From a bacterium (GTDB lineage: Bacteria; UBA8248; JACPRG01; G963555815), in the NCBI GenBank assembly GCA_965261595.1, contig CBDHDG010000005.1:160001-224000 (forward strand): 64,000 bases of DNA, in the 5' to 3' direction. The notes under the pieces were generated by a model that saw only the letters and a program-made list of their open reading frames with translations, searched no databases and was not told the DNA's origin. Below, in pieces: positions 1 through 9,688 of the stretch (its first letter is position 1; each line of letters opens with the position of its first letter). The translations under genes were made by a program, and so were the position numbers.

Positions 1-763
1 CAAACGCATTCAGGCGATCCACGAGCGTTCTCGGGGGACTTACGGCGTGCCGCGCGTCCATGCCGAGCTGGAGGCTGAGGGAGTGCGTGTGGGCCGCAAG
101 CGCGTCGCCAGGCTGATACGTGGGGCGGGACTTGCGGGCGTCAGTCGGCGCAAGGGAGCGCGCACGACGCAGCGCCGGCAGGAGGCGCGGCCGGCCCCTG
201 ATCTGGTGGACCGCAACTTCACGGCCGAGGCCCCCGACCGGCTGTGGGTGGCCGACATCACCTACGTTCCGACATGGGCGGGGTTTTTGTATCTGGCCGT
301 GGCGCTCGATGCGTTCAGCCGGCGCATCGTGGGGTGGTCGATGGCCACACACCTGCGGGCCGAGTTGGTGCTCGACGCGCTCGACATGGCGCTGTATAAG
401 CGCCGTCCCCGGGCCGTCATCCACCACTCCGACCAGGGCACGCAGTACACCTCGGTCGCCTTTGGGCAGCGCTGCCGGCAGGCGGGCGTGCGTCCCTCCA
501 TGGGTTCGGTCGGGGACTGCTACGACAACGCGCTGTGTGAGAGCTTTTTCGCCACGCTGGAGTGCGAGCTCCTCGCTCGCCACAGTTTCCGCACCCGGGC
601 CGAGGCGCGCATGGAGGTGTTCGGGTTCATCGAGGGCTTCTACAACCCGCATCGTCGGCACTCCTCCATCGACAACCTGTCACCCGTTAACTACGAAAGG
701 AGACAACAACGCACACCCTGAAAACCCAAGTGCTTAACTCTCCACGAAACCGGGGTAAGTCGA
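1..763 (+). mobile_element. IS3-family element, right part (OrfB transposase <1..721 plus right IR)
   Basis: DDE/rve motifs WVADITY, HHSDQGTQY, CESFFATLECE, FYNPHRRHS. IR-like CTCTCCACGAAACCGGGGTAAGTCGA ends at 763, where IS1380 sequence resumes. Confidence 0.92.
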
Positions 764-1820
764 CTTAGCCATCCTGCGGTTCTCCTGTGTCATCAAAGTA
801 CCCCATTTTACTACAGATTCAGGGTCTCTTTGCAGAACCCTCTGCTCAATCGAGGGGCAACGGCCGTCCTAAAGCCGCAATCCCTTGAAAACCCAGCTCT
901 ACCGGCACACTCAGGGGAGTTCGGCACAGACTGATCCCCCGTCTCCACCACGTCACTAAGCTTCCGGGCCATCTGCTCCGTCATCCGGTATCTGGTACGG
1001 GAGGCGGTAACCACAACCGTCGAATTCGTTCAAGGATTGCCCTGAACAGTTGACGCGGCACGGCCACCTCGGCCATCTGGAAGGTGGTGTGCCGGGCGTG
1101 GGTGACCACCTTGGCCCCAATCTTAATCAGCTTCTCGCGTAACGTCGTCAGCGACCAGTGCTTCACCGCTCTGGGCAACGCCAGCCGCCGCAGGAAGTTT
1201 GCCAGGTTGTACGCCAAGGCAAATAGTTGCAAGCGAACCTGGTTCTCTTCAAAGCCGTGGCAGGACAGGCGCGTCCAGTTCAGGGCGTACTTGCCCTCCT
1301 TGATCCACTGCTCCGCCGTCCCACGCTGGTTGTAGAACCTCACGACGTTCTCTTCCCGCCAGTGCAGGTTGGTCACGATGAAGCTGACTCTTGGAAACAA
1401 CTCGCCCTGGTGCCACTCGACCGCCACCACCACCCGGCGAGGCTTCTCCCAACTAGCCGCCTGATAGGAGACGCTGTGGTAGAAGATAATGGGCCTTTTG
1501 GGCGGTCGGCCAACCGGCCGGGTCAGAAGGTATTCGATGTCCCTGTACAAGATGGCGTTGGCCGGAAGCCGAATCGCATAGGAGTAGCCCTCCGCCTCAA
1601 GGTATCGGTACACCTCCGGCTTGGCAAATGCCGCGTCGCCTCGAAAAAACCGACAGACCTTCGCATCCCGGTAGCGAGCTACCACCGGCTCCAATACAGA
1701 CCACCAGTCATCAGCGCTGTGGACCTTGCCGTTGCGCAACAGCGCCCGCTCCAGATCGCCAAACTGGTTGAAGCTGGACCGCCCCTGGGTTATTGGACAC
1801 TCGGGTGAGGGTATTCGACC

Positions 1821-2729
1821 TCATGCGGCCTCCGCAACTTGAGCGAGTTTTTCCTGCCTTGCCTGGGCCGGCGTTCGGTAGCCGTAGCCCTCGAGAATCC
1901 AATGATGGTTGTACAGGTTTTTGAACTCAAGCAGCGCCCACCGCAGTTCCTCTACGGTGGCGAAAGAGCGCACCCACAGGAGATTCTCCTTCAAGATGCG
2001 GATAAACCACTCACAGTAGCCATTTCCCTCGGGCGCCCGCACGAAGCTGGGCGAACTGGTCATGCCCAGGTAGGCGATCTCCCGCTGAAAGTCATCGGAC
2101 AGATAGGCGGGGCCGTGGTCGTGACGAACTTTAAGCCCCTCGGCGACGTCCGCCTCCAAGCCGGCGAAGCGCTCGGCGACCCCCTGCCGGATCGGCTCCA
2201 GGGCCTCGAAGCGGTTGCCGCTCTTGGCCGCATGGATCCCCACGCAGTCCACCGAGCAGTGATCCACCGCCACGAACACCGAGGCCACCCCCTCCTCGGT
2301 GGTCACCGTCGTCGTCATGTCCGTGCTCCACATTCGGTCGGGCCGCTCGGTGCGGATGGTCCCGTTGTGGGCCTTGGGACCTCGGGGTTTGCCCACCCGG
2401 TGGGGGGCCTGAAGCCCCGCCTCCCGCATCAGGCGACGCACCCGCTCCTTGCTGGTGCGGATGCCCGCGAAGCGCAGCCTCGCCCACACCTTGCGGTAGC
2501 CCTCGCCATGGAAGGGAGAGTCCTCCAGGACCTGCCGGATGTGGCCGAGGAGTTCCGCATCGGTGCACGGGCCCACAGGGCCGCGCTTATTGGGCGTGGG
2601 GCGTTCATGAACGGGGACCGCCTCTCGCCGCCGTTGCGCGTAGACCGTGGAGCGCGCCAAGCCCCAAAGGGCGCACACCCGCTTCAGGCCGTAGGCTCTG
2701 CCCGTGGAGGTGAAGCGGGCCTGACTCAT
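1821..2729 (-). CDS. IS3-family transposase OrfB
   Basis: HTH_21-like GYRKVWARLR; WSTDMT, HDHGPAY, EWFIRILKE; ATGA overlap with the orfA stop. Confidence 0.9.
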   Translation of the reverse strand: MSQARFTSTGRAYGLKRVCALWGLARSTVYAQRRREAVPVHERPTPNKRGPVGPCTDAELLGHIRQVLEDSPFHGEGYRKVWARLRFAGIRTSKERVRRLMREAGLQAPHRVGKPRGPKAHNGTIRTERPDRMWSTDMTTTVTTEEGVASVFVAVDHCSVDCVGIHAAKSGNRFEALEPIRQGVAERFAGLEADVAEGLKVRHDHGPAYLSDDFQREIAYLGMTSSPSFVRAPEGNGYCEWFIRILKENLLWVRSFATVEELRWALLEFKNLYNHHWILEGYGYRTPAQARQEKLAQVAEAA

Positions 2730-3112
2730 CGCCTCCACCTCCTGCCGGCTAAAGGGCGGCCGGCCTCCAGGCGGTCGATCTTCTCCCGCAGGACCTCGCC
2801 CTCCATCGTGAGTTCGCCCACCTTGGCCTTGAGCCGGACGTTCTCCTCGGCCCGCTCATCCGCCGGGCGGGCTTTGAGCGCCGCCTCGCCCCCGCGAAGG
2901 AACGCCTCGCGCCAGGCGGAAAGCCGAGCCGCTGTCGTGCCCAACTCGCGGCAGAGCGTCTCCAGGCTCTCGCCCCGCAAAAGACGCAGGACCGCCTCCC
3001 GCTTGCGCTGGCAGGAGAACCGACTCCGCTCACTGCGATGCCCTGGGGCCTTGGCTCCGTTCGCCCTGCGGGCGCCCTCCGCCAAAGCCCCCTCTTGCTT
3101 TTGTTCGTTCAT
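2726..3112 (-). CDS. IS3-family transposase OrfA (HTH plus leucine zipper)
   Basis: RFSCQRKREAVLRLLRGESL...LSAWREAF...LKAKVGELTME. Confidence 0.85.
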   Translation of the reverse strand: MNEQKQEGALAEGARRANGAKAPGHRSERSRFSCQRKREAVLRLLRGESLETLCRELGTTAARLSAWREAFLRGGEAALKARPADERAEENVRLKAKVGELTMEGEVLREKIDRLEAGRPLAGRRWRR

Positions 3113-3519
3113 CGCGACACCCCTTTCTCCATGAATCATGGATCAATCGAGTGTCCAACAAAACCCTAGAGCGGGGGAAAGCAAAACAGTGGGTGATAGC
3201 AGGTGCAGCCGAAGTGGCCGTTGTAGGAAGAGCCTTCCTGCTCACCGTGGGTCGGGCTGACCGAACTGTCCATGTCCAGGATCAGCTTGCGAATCGGCTT
3301 GCGTTTGCGGACACGATCCACCAACACACCGGGCAGACCGCTCAGCGCCTTGAGGGGTTAAGGGGCCGGGTGAGGGTCTGCGTCTCGAATCGGCTCATCT
3401 GGCTGGTGGAGGCAGCGGTGTGATACTTCGCTCGCCCCCCAACCACCTGACGCATGGCGGGATCGACACAGAGCCGCTCGGCATCATTGGTGTCTTTATA
3501 TCCTGCCAGGCGGCTGTAG

Positions 3520-4128
3520 CCCAGATATCCCATATGGATCATAACTTTTGTCGGACCGGAGGACATTTTCTGGAGTAAAATCAATGCATGAGCCTCCCCG
3601 AGCCATCCTCTCGCGGGGTAATCCAATGGGTGAAGCGAAAAAGTGGGCGTTGAAGGTCCGTTTTGAGCGTCGGCTGAGGCTTGAGTTTCACGGAACCAGA
3701 ATGACTTCGGATGCGGGATTGCTGGCCTGCCGAGAGGGATCAAGCACTGGTCGTTACGCGGCCTTCAGCTTAAGCTCCTCAAAATGGGCGGCCGGCTCGT
3801 GCGGTACGCCCGCCACATCACCTTCCAGTTGGCCGAGGTCGGTGTATCCAGGAAGACATTTGCCCTTATCTTGGAGAGAATCAAGCGATGATGCCCGGTG
3901 CCTGTCTAGCGACCCTAAGCGGAGTCCACACAAGGGCAAAATGACGAAGACTCCAAACCTGGTGGTCAAGCCCGTTTACACGCCGGCGCTGACATGGTTT
4001 TCCAATGGCGGATACCGCTCCGATCAGGGTTTCAGGCGCCCGAAATGGTGTTGACAGCCCCGGTAAAGAGGGCTCTAATTGAGTTAAAGAGCAACGGGTG
4101 GTCAATACAAGAGTTGTCTTGATTTAAA
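3520..4128 (+). mobile_element. Internally deleted IS1380-family derivative (element B); left IR only
   Basis: Begins CCCAGATATCCCATATGG. Encodes the N-terminus MGEAKK...[11 protein letters not shown], then jumps at ~3736 to the C-terminal GIKHWSL...ITFQLAEV. Confidence 0.85.
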
Positions 4129-5825
4129 CCGGGATTTCCCAGATGACCACTCTTAGCCATCCTGTGGTCCTCCTGTGTCATCAAAGTACCCCATTTTACT
4201 ACAGATTCAGGGTCTCTTTGCAGAACCCTCTGCTCAATCGAGGGGCAACGGCCGTCCTAAAGCCGCAATCCCTTGAAAACCCAGCTCTACCGGCACACTC
4301 AGGGGAGTTCGGCACAGACTGATCCCCCGTCTCCACCACGTCACTAAGCTTCCGGGCCATCTGCTCCGTCATCCGGTATCTGGTACGGGAGGCGGTAACC
4401 ACAACCGTCGAATTCGTTCAAGGATTGCCCTGAACAGTTGACGCGGCACGGCCACCTCGGCCATCTGGAAGGTGGTGTACCGGGCGTGGGTGACCACCTT
4501 GGCCCCAATCTTAATCAGCTTCTCGCGTAACGTCGTCAGCGACCAGTGCTTCACCGCTCTGGGCAACGCCAGCCGCCGCAGGAAGTTTGCCAGGTTGTAC
4601 GCCAAGGCAAATAGTTGCAAGCGAACCTGGTTCTCTTCAAAGCCGTGGCAGGACAGGCGCGTCCAGTTCAGGGCGTACTTGCCCTCCTTGATCCACTGCT
4701 CCGCCGTCCCACGCTGGTTGTAGAACCTCACGACGTTCTCTTCCCGCCAGTGCAGGTTGGTCACGATGAAGCTGACTCTTGGAAACAACTCGCCCTGGTG
4801 CCACTCGACCGCCACCACCACCCGGCGAGGCTTCTCCCAACTAGCCGCCTGATAGGGGAGACGCTGTGGTAGAAGATAATGGGCCTTTTGGGCGGTCGGC
4901 CAACCGGCCGGGTCAGAAGGTATTCGATGTCCCTGTACAAGATGGCGTTGGCCGGAAGCCGAATCGCATAGGAGTAGCCCTCCGCCTCAAGGTATCGGTA
5001 CACCTCCGGCTTGGCAAATGCCGCGTCGCCTCGAAAAAACCGACAGACCTTCGCATCCCGGTAGCGAGCTACCACCGGCTCCAATACAGACCGCCAGTCA
5101 TCAGCGCTGTGGACCTTGCCGTTGCGCAACAGCGCCCGCTCCAGATCGCCAAACTGGTTGAAGCAAAACAGTGGGTGATAGCAGGTGCAGCCGAAGTGGC
5201 CGTTGTAGGAAGAGCCTTCCTGCTCACCGTGGGTCGGGCTGACCGAACTGTCCATGTCCAGGATCAGCTTGCGAATCGGCTTGCGTTTGCGGACACGATC
5301 CACCAACACACCGGGCAGACCGCTCAGCGCCTTGAGGGGTTAAGGGGCCGGGTGAGGGTCTGCGTCTCGAATCGGCTCATCTGGCTGGTGGAGGCAGCGG
5401 TGTGATACTTCGCTCGCCCCCCAACCACCTGACGCATGGCGGGATCGACACAGAGCCGCTCGGCATCATTGGTGTCTTTATATCCTGCCAGGCGGCTGTA
5501 GACCGACTGGCGCACCAAAGCGGTGAGGCTGTGCCGGGTGTTCCCGCCCGTCCGTGAATCGGACAGAAACCCCTCGGCCGCCTTCGTCAGCCCCAACACC
5601 TCATCCAGTTCACGATAGGCAAGCAAACCGGCGTCACTCGTAACCTTTGCTCCGTGAAACTCCAGCCTGAGCCGACCGTCGAATTGGAGCCTCAACGGCC
5701 TCTTTTTCGCTTCACCCATCGGGTCCCCTCGCAAGATGATGGCAGGGAGAGGCCAACACCTTGATTTTACACGAGAAAACGGCCTTCGGGGCGTTAAAAA
5801 TTATCATCCATATGGGAAATGCGGG
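4129..5825 (-). mobile_element. IS1380-family element copy A2 (full length; transposase 4369..5719 has frameshifts at ~5338 and ~4857)
   Basis: IRs CCGGGATTTCCCAGATG and CATATGGGAAATGCGGG (14/17 match); transposase spread over three ORFs. Confidence 0.92.
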
Positions 5826-6744
5826 TGTAGACCGACTGGCGCACCAAAGCGGTGAGGCTGTGCCGGGTGTTCCCGCCCGTCCGTGAATCGGACAGAAACC
5901 CCTCGGCCGCCTTCGTCAGCCCCAACACCTCATCCAGTTCACGATAGGCAAGCAAACCGGCGTCACTCGTAACCTTTGCTCCGTGAAACTCCAGCCTGAG
6001 CCGACCGTCGAATTGGAGCCTCAACGGCCTCTTTTTCGCTTCACCCATTGGGTCCCCTCGCAAGATGATGGCAGGGAGAGGCCAACACCTTGATTTTACA
6101 CGAGAAAACGGCCTTCGGGGCGTTAAAAATTATCATCCATATGGGAAATGCGGGCTTAGTTTATGTTATTACAATTTCCGTTTTCCCCACGTTTATCTCC
6201 ACATGAAAAGCAGGAATATACGGGAATTTCACCAAACCTCGCCTATGAGACCCTTGTTTTTCCGGGGCCACCACGACCCTTCGGTAAAGATTTTCGCGCG
6301 CCTGAGCGTCGCATTCAAATCCTCACGGCATGTTGGCGATTCATCCAGGCCCGCGAGGCACGCATGACCCGCAATGGTGCTCCGCGGAGGACGCTTCGGT
6401 GCCCGCCGAAACGGGGTAGTAACTCCAGGGCAAAAGTTACCGCGCCCGGCTACCAGCGGCAATTACGTAGTCCGCGGTCGTCGCTATGTCGGCGTCGCCC
6501 GCCCGACAGGCGCCGTGTCTTTTCCGCCGTGGACCGACGGTTCCGCGCACCACTGATGACGCATCGCTGATGCCCTTCCGGCCAGCGTCCGCCATCGCGT
6601 GAACTGGCGGAAACGTCCGTAAATACAGGGCCTTCCGGCTCGACCCGTCCCGCCCAGGCGCACGGCTTCCTTGGATAAACGCCGCCGCGGCCGCTTCCTA
6701 TACTGACCACCGGTCGCGCGGCCCAACTCAGGGAGCCGCGACCC

Positions 6745-7935
6745 ATGACCGACCCAAACAGATCCACCTTCGCCCGCCGCGTCCACGCCGCCAGGCCCCG
6801 TAACAAGCCCTACGATGTCTGGGACGACGTGATCACCGGCCTCGCGCTGCGCGTCGGCACGACCGGCTATCGCTCGTTCTTTCTACGCCGCAGCGTGCGC
6901 GGGCACAAACGCTACGCCACCATCGGCAACGCCGACAAGATGACCGTACCCGAGGTCCGGCGGGAGGCCCGCAAGCTGATCGCCGCCTTCATCGACACGT
7001 TGAAGACGAACGACGGCCCCAGGACGCCCGGCCGACCGATGGACGCCTTCGCCGACGAGTTCCTCGAACGCTACGCCCGCCACTGGAAGCCCAAAACCCT
7101 GGAGTCCAGTGCCCTCTGCATACGCAAGTACATTCTCCCCGCCTTCGGCCACCTCACCGTGGACGCCATCACCGTCGAGCACGTCAAGGACTGGTTCGCC
7201 TCCATGGCCGACCGGCCCGGCATGGCCAACCGCTCCATGCCGGTCCTGTCCGTCATGATGCGCATGGCCGAGCTTTGGGGCTACCGGCCGCACAACTCCA
7301 ATCCCTGCAAGAACACGAAGCGCTACCGGATGCAGGCCAGGGAACGGTTCCTTACGGCCGAGGAGATGGCCCGGCTCAACGCGGTGCTCACCCGCGATGA
7401 GTTCTATTGTCCCCAGGTCGTCGCCATCATCCGCCTGCTCATGCTGACCGGCTGCCGCCTGGGCGAGATCGTCTCGCTCGAATGGGGCTGGATCAAGGGC
7501 AAGCGGATCCATCTCCCCGATTCCAAGTCAGGGCCACGTACGGTCTGGCTGTCCAGCGCCGCCCGCGCGGTGATCGACGCCATACCGCACTACAGCGAAG
7601 ATTGCCCGTTCCTCTTTCCCGCCCGTCCCCCCACGAGCCACATCGAGAACTTTGCCAACCAATGGCATCGCATCCGCAAGGAGGCCGGTCTGGAAGGGCT
7701 GCGGATTCACGACCTCCGCCACAACTGGGCTTCGGTCGCGGCCATGAACGGCGTGGATATGGTCACCATCGCCAAGCTCTTGGGCCATGCCCTGGTCGAG
7801 ACCACGGAGCGTTACGCCCACCTTTCCGACCAGTCGGTATCGGACGCCGCCAACCGGATGTCGAACCGCATTCAGGCCGCCCTGGCCGGAAGGGGCGCGG
7901 AGGGTAAGGGAGGGTCCGATCATGCCCACGGTTGA
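6745..7935 (+). CDS. Tyrosine recombinase/integrase with N-terminal arm-binding (DUF4102-like) domain
   Basis: VWDDVITGLALRV N-terminus; catalytic LTGCRLGE, K(SGPR), HDLRH, LLGH...TERY. Confidence 0.93.
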   Translation: MTDPNRSTFARRVHAARPRNKPYDVWDDVITGLALRVGTTGYRSFFLRRSVRGHKRYATIGNADKMTVPEVRREARKLIAAFIDTLKTNDGPRTPGRPMDAFADEFLERYARHWKPKTLESSALCIRKYILPAFGHLTVDAITVEHVKDWFASMADRPGMANRSMPVLSVMMRMAELWGYRPHNSNPCKNTKRYRMQARERFLTAEEMARLNAVLTRDEFYCPQVVAIIRLLMLTGCRLGEIVSLEWGWIKGKRIHLPDSKSGPRTVWLSSAARAVIDAIPHYSEDCPFLFPARPPTSHIENFANQWHRIRKEAGLEGLRIHDLRHNWASVAAMNGVDMVTIAKLLGHALVETTERYAHLSDQSVSDAANRMSNRIQAALAGRGAEGKGGSDHAHG

Positions 7936-9101
7936 CCTCACCCCGCGCCTGGCCCGCGAGAGCAGGCCCGGCGACAAGGACACGTTCCTGTTCGACAGGA
8001 CGCTCCCCGGCTTCGGCCTTCGCATCCACCCCTCGGGGCGTAAGGTCTGGATCGTCCAGGCCCGCATCGAGGGACGGAGCCGGCGCATCGTCATCGCCCG
8101 CCATGGCGAGATGGAGTTATCGGAAGCCCGCCGACGCGCCCGAGACATGCGCGGGCGAGAACCCCGCCGAGGACATCCGCAGGGAGAAGGAGACGCCGAC
8201 GCTCGGGGAGTTCGCGGACGAATACCTGCGCCGCTGCGATCCGCTTTGGAAGCCTTCCGGGCGCAAGACCGTGCGAATCTATCCCAAGGCCCGCATCCTG
8301 CCCGCATTCGGTAGGATGCCCATCGACCGGATCGGCCCCGAGGACGTGGCCGCGTGGTTTGACGCGGCGAGCAAGGACAGGCCGGGCGCGGCCAACCGGG
8401 CGTTCGAGATACTCCGCGCAATGATGTTCCGGGCCGAGGAATGGGGCTGGCGCGAGCGCGACAGCAATCCCTGTCTCGGCATCGTCAAGAACCCGAGGAA
8501 CCATGTCGCCCGGTTCCTCGACACGGACGAGTTGGCGCGGCTGGGCCGCGCGCTCGACGCCCGCGAATCGGAATGGCCCGAGGCCGTCGCGGCGATCCGG
8601 CTGCTGGCCCTGACCGGATGCAGGCGGGGCGAGGTGCTCAATCTCAGATGGCGCGACATCGGTAACGACGCCATCAACCTGCCCGACTCCAAGACTGGTC
8701 CGCGCGCGGTGCCGCTCGGCGAAACCACACGGGCGCTGATCGACGCGCTGCCCGGACCGCGCGATGCGGAAGCATGCCTGTTTCCGCGACATGCCGACGG
8801 CCGGGGTCTCTGGATTCTCGCGAACTGCTGGCGCACGGTCTGCGCCGACGCGAAGCTCGGCAGGCCGCGTCTGCATGACTTGCGGCATACCGCCGCCAGT
8901 CACGCCGTCATGTCCGGCGAAAACCTTCCGCTCGTGGGAAAATTGCTCGGGCATCGGCGGCACCAGACCACGGCGGGCTATGCCCACCTGGCGGATGCGC
9001 ACCTTATCGAAGCGGCGGAAAGGGTCGGAAACGTGATTGCAGAGGCGATGGCCTGTATGTACAAAGGAGGCGATGTAGTTACAGTTACAATATTGGCGTG
9101 A
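7922..9101 (+). pseudogene. Second arm-domain tyrosine integrase, frameshifted at ~8148
   Basis: MPTVDLT...FDRTLPGFGLRI in one frame; AGENP...LTGCRRGE, HDLRH, LLGH...TAGY in another. Start overlaps the stop of the first integrase and has an SD (GGAGG). Confidence 0.88.
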
Positions 9102-9104
9102 GGA

Positions 9105-9503
9105 CTACGCATCCGAAGCGCGTGTAACCCTAAACATCCGGTACATCATGCTCCGCAGATCGTCCTCCCAATCAATTTCGGCGGCTTTCAACGCCATAAT
9201 GAAGTCCACTTGTTCCTTGCTATGCGGCGGGCGGCGTAATATCTCGCGTAGGGTCTGCGGATCAAAAAATCTATGAAGATAATCGTAAGGATTCTTTCCG
9301 CTTGCTATCTGCTCAACCATTATCTTCGCCCACTGCCTTCTTCCCTGTCGCGTGTGGCTGTCCTCGATATCGAAAAAATCTTTCTCTGAAGGAGTTACAT
9401 TCCTAGCGAACACATTGTTAATTTCGCGAAGAAGGCCATTTAACAATCTGAAATGCTTGCGAATTATGCCGGATAGCTGCACCTTTTCGCCGTGAAGGGT
9501 CAA
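9105..9503 (-). CDS. Hypothetical protein, low GC, probably 5'-truncated
   Basis: 132-aa ORF in an AT-rich patch; no recognised motif. Confidence 0.4.
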   Translation of the reverse strand: MTLHGEKVQLSGIIRKHFRLLNGLLREINNVFARNVTPSEKDFFDIEDSHTRQGRRQWAKIMVEQIASGKNPYDYLHRFFDPQTLREILRRPPHSKEQVDFIMALKAAEIDWEDDLRSMMYRMFRVTRASDA

Positions 9504-9688
9504 GACAAAGTTTCGAGACCTGTCATTCCATTTTCCAGACTATATCAAATTATCAATATAATACATCATGGAGCCCGTGCTGTCTTGTTGTTCAAAACCA
9601 TAAGAAATTTCTCACTGTGGAATAATTACTCATCCATGCAAAAGATTATTTCTAAAGAAAATGTCTCACATCTATCTGAACCTATACA

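Larger units (their letters stand above)
1775..3178 (-). mobile_element. Complete IS3-family element (1404 bp) with 4-bp TSD AAGC
   Basis: Imperfect IRs share the core TTGGACACTCG. AAGC at 1771-1774 and 3179-3182; the uninterrupted target is visible in copy A2. Confidence 0.9.
764..6154 (-). mobile_element. IS1380-family element copy A1, split into 764..1774, 3179..3519 and 5826..6154 by two nested insertions
   Basis: The three pieces concatenate into a near-identical copy of 4153..5825. Transposase motifs TSDAGLL, DMDSS, RGDAAFA, YNQRGTAEQWIKEGK. IRL ends at 6154. Confidence 0.9.
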
